40,391 bases of DNA from Methanomicrobiales archaeon (GCA_037137755.1 JBAXJR010000021.1:1-40391); one strand, 5' to 3'; shown: positions 19,891-30,234, counted from the first letter of the stretch. Translations and numbers: made by a program. Notes: generated by a model from the sequence alone, not told the origin.

Positions 19891-21168
19891 TTAGAAATTG
19901 AAATTTTTATTCACGATTTTAATCGCACAGTAGTCCCCGCACATTGTGCAGGCATCGGTATCCGCGGGTGAACGCTCGTCCCGGATTGCCTTTGCCCGCG
20001 CAGGGTTCATGGCAAGCTGGAACTGGCGGCCCCAGTCCAGGTCACGCCGGGCATGGCCCATCTCGAGGTCAGCCTTACGGGTCTTTTTCAGCTTGATCAT
20101 GTCCCCGACGTGTGCTGCAATCCGGGAACTCATGACCCCCTCGTAGACCTCTTCCACTGTTGGCAGGGCCAGGTGCTCTGCCGGGGTGACGTAGCAGATG
20201 AAATCTGCACCAAGGCTCGATGAGATTGCAGCACCTATGGCAGCAACACGGTCATCGTAACCCGGGGCAATATCCGTGACAAGGGGTCCGAGCATGTAGA
20301 ACGGTTTATTGTTCGTCACACGTTTCATCAGTACCACGTTTGCCTCGATCTCATCAAGCGGGATATGCCCGGGCCCTTCGACGATTGTCTGGACCCCTTC
20401 CGCATGGGCCTTGTCCGCGAGTTCGGCATTTATCAGGAGTTCCTGCACTGCAGCACGGTCAGTTGCATCATGGACTGCACCGGCCCTCATTCCGTTCCCC
20501 ATCGACAGGGTGACTTCATGCTCCTTCATGATCTCGAGAAGGTAATCGAACTCAGAATAGAGCGGGTTCTCCTTTTCGTTGTGGAGCATCCACGCCGTCA
20601 TGAATGCGCCGCCACGGGAGACCAGTCCTCCATGCCGGCCCTGGTTTTTCAGCCGCTTAATGGTCTCAAAGTTGATACCGGTGTGGATCGCCATGAAATT
20701 TGTCCCCAGTTTCGCCTGTTCAGCGGTGATGCGGAAGAGGTCATCTTCTTTCATGTGGACGACAGCGCCGTCTTTCCTTGCTGCCTCGATAAACGCCTGG
20801 TAGAGCGGGACACTCCCCACCGAGAGGGTGGTGGCTGCAACAACGCGTCTCCTGATCTCGGTGAAGTCTCCTCCTGTTGAGAGTTCCATGAGCGTGTCAG
20901 CCCCGGCAAGTTCAGCCTGTCTGGCCTTTTCCACTTCCATATCGATATCGATAATGTCAGAAGATGTCCCGATTGAGGCATTGACCTTGGTCGTGAGTCC
21001 TTCCCCAATACCGCACACCCTGACCTTCCGGTACGGTGATACCGGTATTACAATGTGGCCGCCGGCGACCCCTCTCATCACAAATTCTTCGGTTACGCCC
21101 TCTGCCTTTGCAACGGCCCGCATCTCCTCGTTAATGATGCCTGCCCTGGCATCGTTGATCATACTCAT
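19891..21168 (-). CDS. thiC: Phosphomethylpyrimidine synthase ThiC (a BzaA/B/F-type paralog cannot be excluded)
   Basis: TKVNASIGTS, SRGG, VEGPGH, LGPLVTDIAPGYD, CYVTPAEHL, CTMCGDYC. Confidence 0.9.
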   Translation of the reverse strand: MSMINDARAGIINEEMRAVAKAEGVTEEFVMRGVAGGHIVIPVSPYRKVRVCGIGEGLTTKVNASIGTSSDIIDIDMEVEKARQAELAGADTLMELSTGGDFTEIRRRVVAATTLSVGSVPLYQAFIEAARKDGAVVHMKEDDLFRITAEQAKLGTNFMAIHTGINFETIKRLKNQGRHGGLVSRGGAFMTAWMLHNEKENPLYSEFDYLLEIMKEHEVTLSMGNGMRAGAVHDATDRAAVQELLINAELADKAHAEGVQTIVEGPGHIPLDEIEANVVLMKRVTNNKPFYMLGPLVTDIAPGYDDRVAAIGAAISSSLGADFICYVTPAEHLALPTVEEVYEGVMSSRIAAHVGDMIKLKKTRKADLEMGHARRDLDWGRQFQLAMNPARAKAIRDERSPADTDACTMCGDYCAIKIVNKNFNF

Positions 21169-21364
21169 ACCTTCATAATTGAGGAATTGACGAGATAAAG
21201 GCTTGTTTTAAAAATTGCAGACTAAATTTAGGTTGTCAAATGATCAAGTAAAATTGTTTTACATTTATGCAATATTACTTTACTATTTACCGGAACCGCG
21301 GGAAATGAAGTGGCCTGCAGAATTATTCCCTGATAAAACGTCTATATTGATAAAAAGAGATTTA

Positions 21365-21637
21365 TTAATCTTCCTTTCCCCAGAAGAGGTCTGCTTCTTT
21401 CTCCATTTTTGCAAGCCGGGTATAGTAGTCCGGAAACTCGTTCAGGTGTGCAAGCGCAATCTTTCCGGTCATTACCGGGTCATCATTGGTCACGTTGGTT
21501 GACGGGTCAACCAGGCCATGTTCAAGTTCCACGTCTAGGCCCGTCCTGAACTGTTCCACATCAAACCCAGACCAGGTAATCCCAAGGCCTTTGCCAATTC
21601 TTGCTGCATCTTCGGTTGTAAAATGTTTCTTTGTCAT
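21365..21637 (-). CDS. DUF5661-family protein
   Basis: GLDVELEHG..TNDDP..KIALAHLNEFPDYYTRL. Confidence 0.8.
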   Translation of the reverse strand: MTKKHFTTEDAARIGKGLGITWSGFDVEQFRTGLDVELEHGLVDPSTNVTNDDPVMTGKIALAHLNEFPDYYTRLAKMEKEADLFWGKED

Positions 21638-21815
21638 TTTTCGTTTCCCGATTCTAATGGATGCTTTCCGGGGGCATAATTTTTTCCTTTCGGAGAAAAT
21701 AATTCACGGAAGTATGGTGATCTGGTGAAGAAAAAATGTCCTCCGGGCCACTTCACTACATTGAATACCACTCTTCACAATACTACTGAGCAAAGATTTG
21801 ATTTCTGGTCACAAA

Positions 21816-22538
21816 ATGGATGTCAACTTCGGAGGTTTTGTCCCTATCAGCACGGTAGACTGGAGGGGGAAAGCAGTATGCACGGTATTTTTGCGGGGGT
21901 GCCCGGTACGTTGCACGTACTGCCATAATGCGTCCATACTGGCAGGGTGTGACCCAAGACCGGTGGAAGAGGTCATCGGGATGATCAACTCGTCCCGGCT
22001 TCTTATCAGCGGGGTTGTGTTTTCCGGCGGTGAACCAACCATGCAGGCAGAGGCCCTGGTTGCACTTGCAGGTGCTGTTAAAAAAATGGGCCTTCTGGTT
22101 GGTGTACAGACAAATGGCGTATACCCCGATACCCTCGAAGTCCTCATCGAAAACAACCTCGTTGACCGTATCGCGCTCGATATCAAGGCCCGGTGGCAAC
22201 GGTATGATAACCTGATGAAAGTGCCCTGCGTCGGGAAAGTCCAGCGCTCACTGGCGCTCTGCAGGGCCGCCCGAAAGAGTGGGAAACTTCATGAATTCGA
22301 GGTTGTAATCACCCTGTTCCGGGGATACGAGGACGAGGTCCCGTATATCTCCCGTGAGTGCAGTGACGTTGATCTTGTTATCCAGCAGGGTGTGCAGGGA
22401 GATATCCCTCCGCTGTCCTGCAGTGAGTTGAAAAAGATCGCAGACCCGCTCAACCGGCAGGTCAGGATCAGGACCCGGGAGGGAGGTGAGATTTCGTATG
22501 AAGGTAGTAGGGATCGTTGGATTACCAGCGAGCGGTAA
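21816..22538 (+). CDS. nrdG: Radical SAM anaerobic ribonucleotide reductase activase-like protein
   Basis: STVDW, GCPVRCTYCHN (CxxxCxxC), VFSGGEPT, QTNG, ALDIKA. Confidence 0.85.
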   Translation: MDVNFGGFVPISTVDWRGKAVCTVFLRGCPVRCTYCHNASILAGCDPRPVEEVIGMINSSRLLISGVVFSGGEPTMQAEALVALAGAVKKMGLLVGVQTNGVYPDTLEVLIENNLVDRIALDIKARWQRYDNLMKVPCVGKVQRSLALCRAARKSGKLHEFEVVITLFRGYEDEVPYISRECSDVDLVIQQGVQGDIPPLSCSELKKIADPLNRQVRIRTREGGEISYEGSRDRWITSER

Positions 22539-23046
22539 GGGAGAATTCTCACGGATTGCGTTATCGTTGGGCATTCCCGTGATTGTTATGGGAGATGTGA
22601 TCCGGAAGGCCGTGGAGGATTCAGGCCGCCCGCTCACAGATAAGAACCTTGGTGAAACAGCCGGGCGGATCAGGGCTGAACAAGGCATGGACGCGATCGC
22701 AAGGCTTTGTGTTCCGGAGATCAGGAAGCAGCAAGCCCTGCTGGTGATTGTTGATGGGATCAGGGGTGATTCGGAAGTCCAGGTGTTCAGGGATAGTTTC
22801 CCGGGTTTTGTCCTGGTCAGGATCGATGCACCGTTCGGGACACGCCTCAGCCGTATTGCCGGCCGGGGGAGACCTGATGACAACCTTGACGGGAACGCAC
22901 TGAAAGCAAGGGACGAGCGTGAACAGGCATGGGGCCTTGGAAAAGCCCTCGAGGGAGCAGATTACCGCATTGATAATGACGGCAGTTTGGAGTCATTCAT
23001 CAGGCATGTCATGGCACTCCTCGAGAAAGTGAAGGGGTTACCATGA
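22498..23046 (+). CDS. P-loop nucleotide kinase (COG0237/UPF0200, dephospho-CoA kinase-like)
   Basis: GIVGLPASGKG, MGDVIR, VDGIR, RGRPDD, RDERE. Confidence 0.88.
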   Translation: MKVVGIVGLPASGKGEFSRIALSLGIPVIVMGDVIRKAVEDSGRPLTDKNLGETAGRIRAEQGMDAIARLCVPEIRKQQALLVIVDGIRGDSEVQVFRDSFPGFVLVRIDAPFGTRLSRIAGRGRPDDNLDGNALKARDEREQAWGLGKALEGADYRIDNDGSLESFIRHVMALLEKVKGLP

Positions 23047-23816
23047 GCATTACCCCGTATTTCTCCTCGTCTGCCAAGGTTTGGGATACCATTGAATGGG
23101 TGTACGGGATTCCGGATGCCGGGTATAGTGGGTGGGAGATCGTCGCAGATGGCCGTTACCGCCTCGATAACCCGGCCAACAGGAAGGATATCCATGAAGC
23201 GATCGCGAGCACCGATCTTGGGATAACGGTCCATGCACCCTATGGGGACCTGAACCTCGCCACCCTGAATCACCCGATATGGGAGGAGTCCATCAGACAG
23301 GTATGTGTCTGTGTGACAAATGCGGCTGAATTCACGGACCGGGTGACTATCCACCCTGGTTATATGTCCCCGGTGGGAAAACTTCTCCCGGAAAAGGCCT
23401 GGCAGCTCCAGAAAGAGGCCCTGGTAAGGATCGGGCAGGTTGCCGCGGATTGCGGTGTTCTTGCATGCCTTGAAAACATGATAGGTATCAGGGAGTTCCT
23501 CTGCCAGAGGCCCGAGGAGATCCTTGGGATGACTGAAGGTATAGAGGGAATCGGGATTACCATCGATTTCGGGCACGCCAATACGGTTGGAAGGGTAAAG
23601 GAATTTTTACCTCTCTTAAAAAATGCAAAGCATCTCCACATCCATGATAACAAGGGAGTATCAGATGAGCACCTTGCTCTCGGGATGGGGACAATACCGT
23701 GGGATGTCGTAGGCCCTGCCGTCCGGAAGGACTACTCCGGTGTCGTCGTAGTCGAAGGGAAGTCGCCCGAAGAAGGAAAGAAGAGCCTTGTTGTATACAA
23801 GAGGTGGTTTGTATAG
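23043..23816 (+). CDS. Sugar phosphate isomerase/epimerase / AP endonuclease 2 TIM-barrel protein
   Basis: VHAPY.DLNL, IHPG, LENM, DFGHA, HLHIHDN..DEHL.LG.G; ATGA overlap with upstream gene. Confidence 0.88.
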   Translation: MSITPYFSSSAKVWDTIEWVYGIPDAGYSGWEIVADGRYRLDNPANRKDIHEAIASTDLGITVHAPYGDLNLATLNHPIWEESIRQVCVCVTNAAEFTDRVTIHPGYMSPVGKLLPEKAWQLQKEALVRIGQVAADCGVLACLENMIGIREFLCQRPEEILGMTEGIEGIGITIDFGHANTVGRVKEFLPLLKNAKHLHIHDNKGVSDEHLALGMGTIPWDVVGPAVRKDYSGVVVVEGKSPEEGKKSLVVYKRWFV

Positions 23817-24751
23817 CCGGGGAGACATTGCAGGTATATTTCCTTGGTACTGCCGGGGCCCTTCCTACCCCGCAGAGGAACCCCCCCTGCTTCATGATCA
23901 GGAGAGGGTCTGATACCATCCTCTTTGACTGCGGGGAAGGTGCCCAGCAGCAGATGATGAGGGCACGGACCGGGTTTACCGTGGATGCCATTTTCATTAC
24001 CCACTGGCATGCTGATCATTTTCTTGGTATCATTGGCCTTGTGCAGACACTCTCGTTCAACGGGCGGAAGGAACCGCTCACTATTTACGGGCCGGAATGG
24101 GTGCATGATTTTGTCACGGAACTGCGTCATCTCTGCCGGTTTAATGTTAAATTCCCGGTCCTTTCAGAAGAGCTCGTCCACGGGGTGTCCATCCCGTTTG
24201 AAGGGTACCAGGTAAAAGCGTTTGCGACCGATCACGGGATGGAGAGCCTCGGGTACGCCCTGGTAGAGGAACCGAGGCCCGGCCGGTTCGACCGGGAACG
24301 GGCAATTGCACTTGGAGTACCTCCCGGACCTCTCTTCGGGCGCCTCCAGCGGGGTGAACCCGTGAGCATAGTGCAGGATGGTGTAACGGTCAGTATAACC
24401 CCTGAACAGGTGATGGGCCCGGCACGACCCGGGCGGACCGTCGTGTATACCGGGGACACGAGACCGGTGATAAAAGACCTCCTTGCCGTGGTGGACCACG
24501 CTGACCTCCTCATTCACGACGCGACCTACGACGATGCAGCACTGGAACGGGCAAGAGAGGTATTCCACTCAACTTCGGGAGAGGCAGGGGATATTGCAGT
24601 AAGGTTGTCGGCAGACACGCTGGCACTGGTACACATCAGCTCCCGTTACACTAGTACAGCAAGCCATATCAGGGATGCAACGAAAAGGTTTTGTGGTAAG
24701 GTAATCGTGCCTGACGATCTTTATATGTTCGAAATACCATTCAGGGGATAG
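23813..24751 (+). CDS. rnz: Ribonuclease Z (start uncertain: ATA 23813, GTG 23804 or TTG 23828)
   Basis: FLGTAG, FDCGEG, THWHADH, exosite GVPPGP, YTGDT, HDAT, HST, HISSRY. Confidence 0.95.
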   Translation: MAGETLQVYFLGTAGALPTPQRNPPCFMIRRGSDTILFDCGEGAQQQMMRARTGFTVDAIFITHWHADHFLGIIGLVQTLSFNGRKEPLTIYGPEWVHDFVTELRHLCRFNVKFPVLSEELVHGVSIPFEGYQVKAFATDHGMESLGYALVEEPRPGRFDRERAIALGVPPGPLFGRLQRGEPVSIVQDGVTVSITPEQVMGPARPGRTVVYTGDTRPVIKDLLAVVDHADLLIHDATYDDAALERAREVFHSTSGEAGDIAVRLSADTLALVHISSRYTSTASHIRDATKRFCGKVIVPDDLYMFEIPFRG

Positions 24752-24831
24752 ACCCCCTGGTCAATCAGATATTCAAAAATTCGCCGGAGCTGCACCGGAA
24801 TATGCAGGAATTAAAATATCGAGGATTTCGC

Positions 24832-26673
24832 ATGGAAAATAACAATGAAATAATTGTATACCGTCTTGGTGCATCATGTGACCTTGGCGACGTGGAAGAA
24901 GGAAAGACATATGCAGGGCGCGTGCAGGGATTCGCAACATTTGGGACATTTGTCCAGTTGAATGAACGGGTAAAGGGGCTGGTTCACAAGAGCAATGTAA
25001 AGACCGATCATAAGGAGCGCGAAACGGTTCTCGTACATGTCAGGGCGATCCGGAGCAATGGCAATATTGACCTTGAAGAGGTTGTCATCCCGGTATACCA
25101 GGTTCGTCCCATTGAGAAGAAGAGTACCGCAGTACTTCTTGCAGAACTTGGCCAGAAAATCGGGCGTACCGTCAGGATTGAAGGGGAGATTGCCCAGGTC
25201 AAGCAGACCAGCGGACCGACGATATTCACCATAGTTGACGAGTCAGGTACTGAAAATGCGGCGGCATTTGTAGAGGCAGGAGTCCGTGCATACCCTGAGG
25301 CAGAGCTTGGCGACCTTGTCCGTATCGTCGGGGAGGTCATGCAGAGGAACAACCAGTTACAGATTGAGGTTGATTCCCTGGCAGTCCTTACCGGCCCGGA
25401 TGCCCAGGACGTCAGGGAGCGGATCAACAAGGCACTGGACGTGCGTTCAGAGCCTGCGGACATTCCGCTCCTTGTCCCAAGCCCGGTCCTTGAGAAACTC
25501 AGGCCCGAGATGCGCAAGATTGCAAAGATTATCCGGCGGGCGGTTTTCACGTCCCAGCCGATCATTCTCCGCCACCACGCGGACGCTGATGGCATCTGCT
25601 CTGCCGTGGCAATTGAGCAGGCGGTTACGGCGTTGTTAAGAGAATCCGGAGGAGATTTCGATTCGGATTACTACCTTTTCAAGCGGGCCCCATCAAAAGC
25701 TCCGTTCTATGAAATAGAGGATATCACGCGTGACCTTGATTTCTCGCTGAAGGACCATGTCCGGTTCGGGCAGAAAATGCCCCTGATCCTCCTGACTGAT
25801 AACGGGTCAACCGAGGAAGACCTCCCCGCCTACCGCATGGCACAGGTCTACGATCTGTCGATTGCCGTGATTGACCACCACCACCCGGACGAAATCGTCG
25901 ACCAGTTCCTTATCGGCCATGTGAACCCCTATCATGTCGGAGGGGATTTTGGGATCACAGCCGGCATGCTCGGGACCGAGGTGGCGAGGCTGATCAATCC
26001 TGCGGTTGAGCCCAATATCAGGCATCTCCCTGCAATTGCAGGTGTCGGTGACCGGAGCGAGGCACCGGAGCGTGCACTGTTCCTCGACCTTGTTAAGGAG
26101 TCCTATACCGAGGATGAATGCAAGAATATCGCCCTTGCTCTCGACTACGAGCAGTTCTGGCTCAGGTTTAACGACGGGCGTGAGCTTGTCAAGGACATCC
26201 TGAACCTGACAAACAACCCCGAACGACACAAGAAGCTCATTGCCAGACTTGTTGAAGGGGCAAATTTAATGATCGAGGACCAGATGAATGCCAGTATACC
26301 CCATGTGAAGGAGAGGCAGCTGAAAAATGGCGCACTCCTCTTCCTCCTCGATGTCGAGATCCATGCCCATAAGTTCACATTCCCGCCCCCCGGCAAGACG
26401 TCCGGAGAGGTCCATGACAGGCTGTGCCGGGCGCATGTCGGGAGCCCGGTTGTTACCATCGGGTTTGGCCCTGACTTTGCGGTCCTGCGTTCACGGGGGG
26501 TCCTGATGAATATCCCTAAAATGGTAAGGGAACTCAGAGACGAGCTGAAGGGCGGGGGGATCAGCGGCGGGGGCCACCTTGTCGTCGGGAGCATCAAGTT
26601 CGTCGAAGGAATGCGAAATGAAGTGCTCGAGGCGCTTGTGGCAAAGATTGCCGATGCCTCAACCGGTGGATAA
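24832..26673 (+). CDS. Archaeal RecJ-like DHH phosphoesterase with S1 and OB domains (COG1107)
   Basis: S1 (FGTFVQL..GLVHKS), OB (QVKQTSGPTIF), RHHADADG, DNGST, IDHH, GGGH. Confidence 0.9.
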   Translation: MENNNEIIVYRLGASCDLGDVEEGKTYAGRVQGFATFGTFVQLNERVKGLVHKSNVKTDHKERETVLVHVRAIRSNGNIDLEEVVIPVYQVRPIEKKSTAVLLAELGQKIGRTVRIEGEIAQVKQTSGPTIFTIVDESGTENAAAFVEAGVRAYPEAELGDLVRIVGEVMQRNNQLQIEVDSLAVLTGPDAQDVRERINKALDVRSEPADIPLLVPSPVLEKLRPEMRKIAKIIRRAVFTSQPIILRHHADADGICSAVAIEQAVTALLRESGGDFDSDYYLFKRAPSKAPFYEIEDITRDLDFSLKDHVRFGQKMPLILLTDNGSTEEDLPAYRMAQVYDLSIAVIDHHHPDEIVDQFLIGHVNPYHVGGDFGITAGMLGTEVARLINPAVEPNIRHLPAIAGVGDRSEAPERALFLDLVKESYTEDECKNIALALDYEQFWLRFNDGRELVKDILNLTNNPERHKKLIARLVEGANLMIEDQMNASIPHVKERQLKNGALLFLLDVEIHAHKFTFPPPGKTSGEVHDRLCRAHVGSPVVTIGFGPDFAVLRSRGVLMNIPKMVRELRDELKGGGISGGGHLVVGSIKFVEGMRNEVLEALVAKIADASTGG

Positions 26674-26930
26674 ATCACCAGGTCTTCAATTTTTTCTTTT
26701 TCCCGGGTTTTACAGATCACGAATCTGCAACCCTGCTATTGTACGGAGCAACGGTTTACTCCTGTTGATTGCGACCCACAGACTCCCTGCCTGACAGGTG
26801 CAAATGTCTGTATAATTCGTCCTTTGTCGAACTGCTGTTCATTAAAGACGGGAAAATGGTGCGAAGAAAAATAGTTATTTATATATACGAAATGAAAATA
26901 TAGCTCAATATCTCTGGAGGTGAGAGATTC

Positions 26931-27185
26931 ATGTCTTCAACAAGACGCATAGCCGATAAGTACAACGAGTCCCAGGCGCGGATTATTGCATGCCTGAACT
27001 CGGGTGTTACAAAAGGCAAGCACTACTTTAAATCAAAATATATTGCAAAGGAGCTCGGCCTCTCCTCGAAAGAGGTCGGCACTAATATGGCAATTCTATC
27101 AGAGATCTGCCAGGAGTTATCCATTATACGCTGGAGCTATTCGAACAGCACGACCTGGATGGTTAAGCCGAGGTCGGCATACTAA
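26931..27185 (+). CDS. Small conserved winged-helix-like protein (DUF7123-like)
   Basis: YFKSKYIAKELGLSSKEVG..WSYSNSTTW; SD GGAGGTGA and upstream TATA. Confidence 0.8.
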   Translation: MSSTRRIADKYNESQARIIACLNSGVTKGKHYFKSKYIAKELGLSSKEVGTNMAILSEICQELSIIRWSYSNSTTWMVKPRSAY

Positions 27186-27214
27186 TAAATCATTATACAC
27201 TATTTTTCTAGGTT

Positions 27215-27409
27215 ATGACTAAGGTTGCAGAACTGGAATCAACCATTGAATTCATTGCTGATATCAATGAATGTAAAGACTGCCTGATGTCCCAGGACGC
27301 GACGTCTACCGACCCCGCCTGCCTCTGGTTCAATATTGATGTGCTGAAAGGCCACAACCTCAGGGCCGGGGACAGGGTGCGTGTCACGGTTGAAAAAATC
27401 AACGATTGA
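27215..27409 (+). CDS. Small hypothetical protein with CxxC and AbrB-like C-terminus
   Basis: 64 aa; ECKDC; LRAGDRVRVTVEKI; co-oriented with the upstream gene. Confidence 0.65.
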   Translation: MTKVAELESTIEFIADINECKDCLMSQDATSTDPACLWFNIDVLKGHNLRAGDRVRVTVEKIND

Positions 27410-27526
27410 TCCCCCTGCTGTTGCAAGGATTGAGCAACACGGGGAGTCCTGTCGTAAAAAGGCGATAAGGACTCTTCACGGGGACAATAAGGTAGATATG
27501 GGATATTGACGAATGAGTATGAGTGC

Positions 27527-27599
27527 GGGGCCATAGGGTAGCCTGGCATCCTAGGAGACTGGGGGTCTTCTGACCTGCGTTCAAATCGCAGTGGCCTCA
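27527..27599 (+). tRNA. tRNA-Pro (anticodon GGG)
   Basis: Acceptor GGGGCCA/TGGCCTC, anticodon arm GGAGA-CTGGGGG-TCTTC, T-arm CTGCG-TTCAAAT-CGCAG. Confidence 0.95.
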
Positions 27600-27637
27600 T
27601 GTATTTTATTTTCTAACCGTGCTCAGGGTTGTTACAC

Positions 27638-28492
27638 ATGAAACTTGATGACCGGTGTTTTGACTGCCTTCTCTCCAGGGTGGCCCTTGAATGTAAGCTC
27701 TCGGCTGCGGGACCAGGCCTGACTGATGATACAGTCCGTTCATGTGCAGACCTCCTGTCGAAGATCCGGTATGATCCGGTAAGCCACCCGCAGATTGCAA
27801 GCGCGGTCCACCGGCATGCATATGGGATGCTTAATAACCCGGACCCTTTTAAGGATTTGAAGGATCAGAGCAATGCCGAAGCAGTATCTGTCTGTAACCG
27901 CGTGCGTCCGTCACTCCGGAGCTTCCGCGACCTTGTCCTCGCAACCATCATCGGTAACACGTACGATTACGGGGTAAAAACCCACCAGGTAACAGAAAAT
28001 TTCGATGAATTTTTCAACACAATGTTTTCAAAGGGTTTAACCATCGATGACACGGACAGGATCCTGCCGCTGACAAAGCGGGTGGTCTATTTTACAGACA
28101 ATTGCGGGGAAATCGTATTCGACCGCCTGCTCCTGGAGTATCTCCATGACAACGGATCGGAGATCACCCTTGTAGTAAGGGACGCACCGATCTTAAACGA
28201 TGCAACCATGGAAGAAGCTGAACAATTTGGCCTCCGGGACTTTGCAACTACCCTCACCACTACGGGATGCGGGACCGAGCTTGGGGTGCGGCTCGATCTC
28301 TGCCCGACTGTCCTCAAAGAAGCACTTGGGTGTTGCACGCTCATCATATCAAAGGGGATGGCTAATTACGAGTCACTCTCACTTGAAAAAGACCTTCCCC
28401 CGGTTGCCTATCTCATGTCGGTCAAGTGTGAACCTATTGCAGATGATATCGGGGTACCAAAAGGTTCGCTCGTTGCGAAACTTTGTAGGTAA
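27638..28492 (+). CDS. Damage-control phosphatase, ARMT1/DUF89 family
   Basis: N-terminal CxxC, DPFK..K, IGN..DYG, DNCGEIVFD, PILNDAT, SKGMANYE, KC. Confidence 0.92.
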   Translation: MKLDDRCFDCLLSRVALECKLSAAGPGLTDDTVRSCADLLSKIRYDPVSHPQIASAVHRHAYGMLNNPDPFKDLKDQSNAEAVSVCNRVRPSLRSFRDLVLATIIGNTYDYGVKTHQVTENFDEFFNTMFSKGLTIDDTDRILPLTKRVVYFTDNCGEIVFDRLLLEYLHDNGSEITLVVRDAPILNDATMEEAEQFGLRDFATTLTTTGCGTELGVRLDLCPTVLKEALGCCTLIISKGMANYESLSLEKDLPPVAYLMSVKCEPIADDIGVPKGSLVAKLCR

Positions 28493-28866
28493 TTTATTTT
28501 GTTGTTGACGGGTATATCCACGAAAAAGATTTTTTTTAAATTTCCTTTAATTCTATCTTGCAGATTAGGTCGTTCAATAATTTATTCACACCCCGGGGGC
28601 TCCATCCTGCCGCTATGGCAACTACAGTTGGGATACGGAATGATCTCCAAATCTCTGAAATTCTCTTGAATGTCCCAATTGAACCCTTGCCCAGTGAATA
28701 TCTTATTAGGGATGGGGCAGGGAAGGGGTTAAACCCCCTCTTGTCAATCATATCTCTTCTTTTTTACCTATGAAGGATGCCCACCGGGCCTGAATCCGAT
28801 GTCCCTGTATTTCATCCCTATAACCCCGGGTAGTCGTTTTCTGAAAAAAGGACGGGATTTCAGAGA

Positions 28867-30171
28867 TCAGATATGAAGGAGATAAGGCAGCGCTACTATT
28901 GATACGAGGATTACGAGCATAATGGTGCTGATGGAAGTAGCAACAAAGGGCGCATATTTCTCAATTTTCCTTCCGCTAAACAATCTCTCGACACCTTCTT
29001 TTAGTATGTATCCCCCATCAAGCGGGACCATCGGGATTGCATTGAAAATACCCACGTTGATGTTAATCCACCCGCACCAGAAGAGCAGGTGCACCGCACC
29101 CCAGAAAATTCCGGGGTATGGGGCGGTATAATACCCGGTGTCCGGCGTTTCAAAGGCAAGGACCCTCAGGTACTGGCCTCCCGCTGACATGTCAAAGGGC
29201 ACGCTGATGAGACGGAGGAACCCGATCGGGGAGAACATGTTCCTGACGGTGTCAATTACCTGAGCCCCGTCATAATAGAAAACCCCCATGAACCCTGAGG
29301 GGTGTGTCCCGAATTCTGCCGGCCAGGCGGTAAGATTGAGCGTGTAATCTTTGATAGTGCTGTCTTTCTGGACCTGCAGCACGGTCATATCCCCCGGGTG
29401 ACTCGTGTTGAGGATCGCACTCACCTCGTCACGCGTTGCTACCGGGACACCGTTCACCGCCATAATCAGGGAGTCCTGTGGTATTCCTGCATTATATGCC
29501 GAATAGTTCTGGTAGACACCATGAACAACCGGTGCATTCGTTGGCACTGCTGCCCCCATCACAAAAATGAGGAGGACGAAACAGATCGCACCTACGACAA
29601 GGTTATTCATGATACCTGCGCCGAACATCCTCATTTTCGGCATCCCTTTTGCTTTATCGAGTTCCTCTTCATCAGGTTCTACAAAAAAGCCGATCGGGAT
29701 GACCGCAATGAGGGCCCCGATACCCCTTACCTTGATGTTTTCAACACGGCAGAGGATCCCGTGCCCGAATTCGTGGACAGCGATCGTCAGCACGAATGCA
29801 AACCAGACTGCAAAGGTTGAGGGTACGTACTCATTGATCCCAGGCAGCAGGAGGATGTTCTGGGGCTTGTAGATCCCGGTTGGTTCAGGCTGGAGCACGA
29901 GGGTATATTGCAGTGCGAATATGAGCAGGAATGTAATGAGGACTGAAACCACCACGACGATGATCACGCCGATTGAACCATAAATGCGTAAAATCGGGGC
30001 AACACGGGTGAACCAGTCAAAAAATGCAGTTTTGCTGCTTTTTATTGCCATTATCGGGCCGTAAAAAGTAATATGGTCCGGAAATAACTTTTTCGTATAG
30101 ATAACAAGAGCCACGACTGCGTAGATGGCGATCACCAAAATAAGGATCAGCAGCCAGTTCATTCTATACAT
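28867..30171 (-). CDS. Site-2 protease (peptidase M50) with PDZ domain
   Basis: HEFGH, FVEPDE, AGIMNN, PDZ-like segment, FNAIPMVPLDGG; multiple TM helices. Confidence 0.93.
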   Translation of the reverse strand: MYRMNWLLILILVIAIYAVVALVIYTKKLFPDHITFYGPIMAIKSSKTAFFDWFTRVAPILRIYGSIGVIIVVVVSVLITFLLIFALQYTLVLQPEPTGIYKPQNILLLPGINEYVPSTFAVWFAFVLTIAVHEFGHGILCRVENIKVRGIGALIAVIPIGFFVEPDEEELDKAKGMPKMRMFGAGIMNNLVVGAICFVLLIFVMGAAVPTNAPVVHGVYQNYSAYNAGIPQDSLIMAVNGVPVATRDEVSAILNTSHPGDMTVLQVQKDSTIKDYTLNLTAWPAEFGTHPSGFMGVFYYDGAQVIDTVRNMFSPIGFLRLISVPFDMSAGGQYLRVLAFETPDTGYYTAPYPGIFWGAVHLLFWCGWININVGIFNAIPMVPLDGGYILKEGVERLFSGRKIEKYAPFVATSISTIMLVILVSIVALPYLLHI

Positions 30172-30234
30172 ATGGATTGGCGAGCTACATAATGATGTGG
30201 AATCCAGCCAACAAGGGATTTTTCCCCGGGATAA

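Noticed and set aside
21169-21364. TPP riboswitch upstream of thiC
   Set aside because: No CTGAGA or other TPP aptamer core; the region is an AT-rich promoter.
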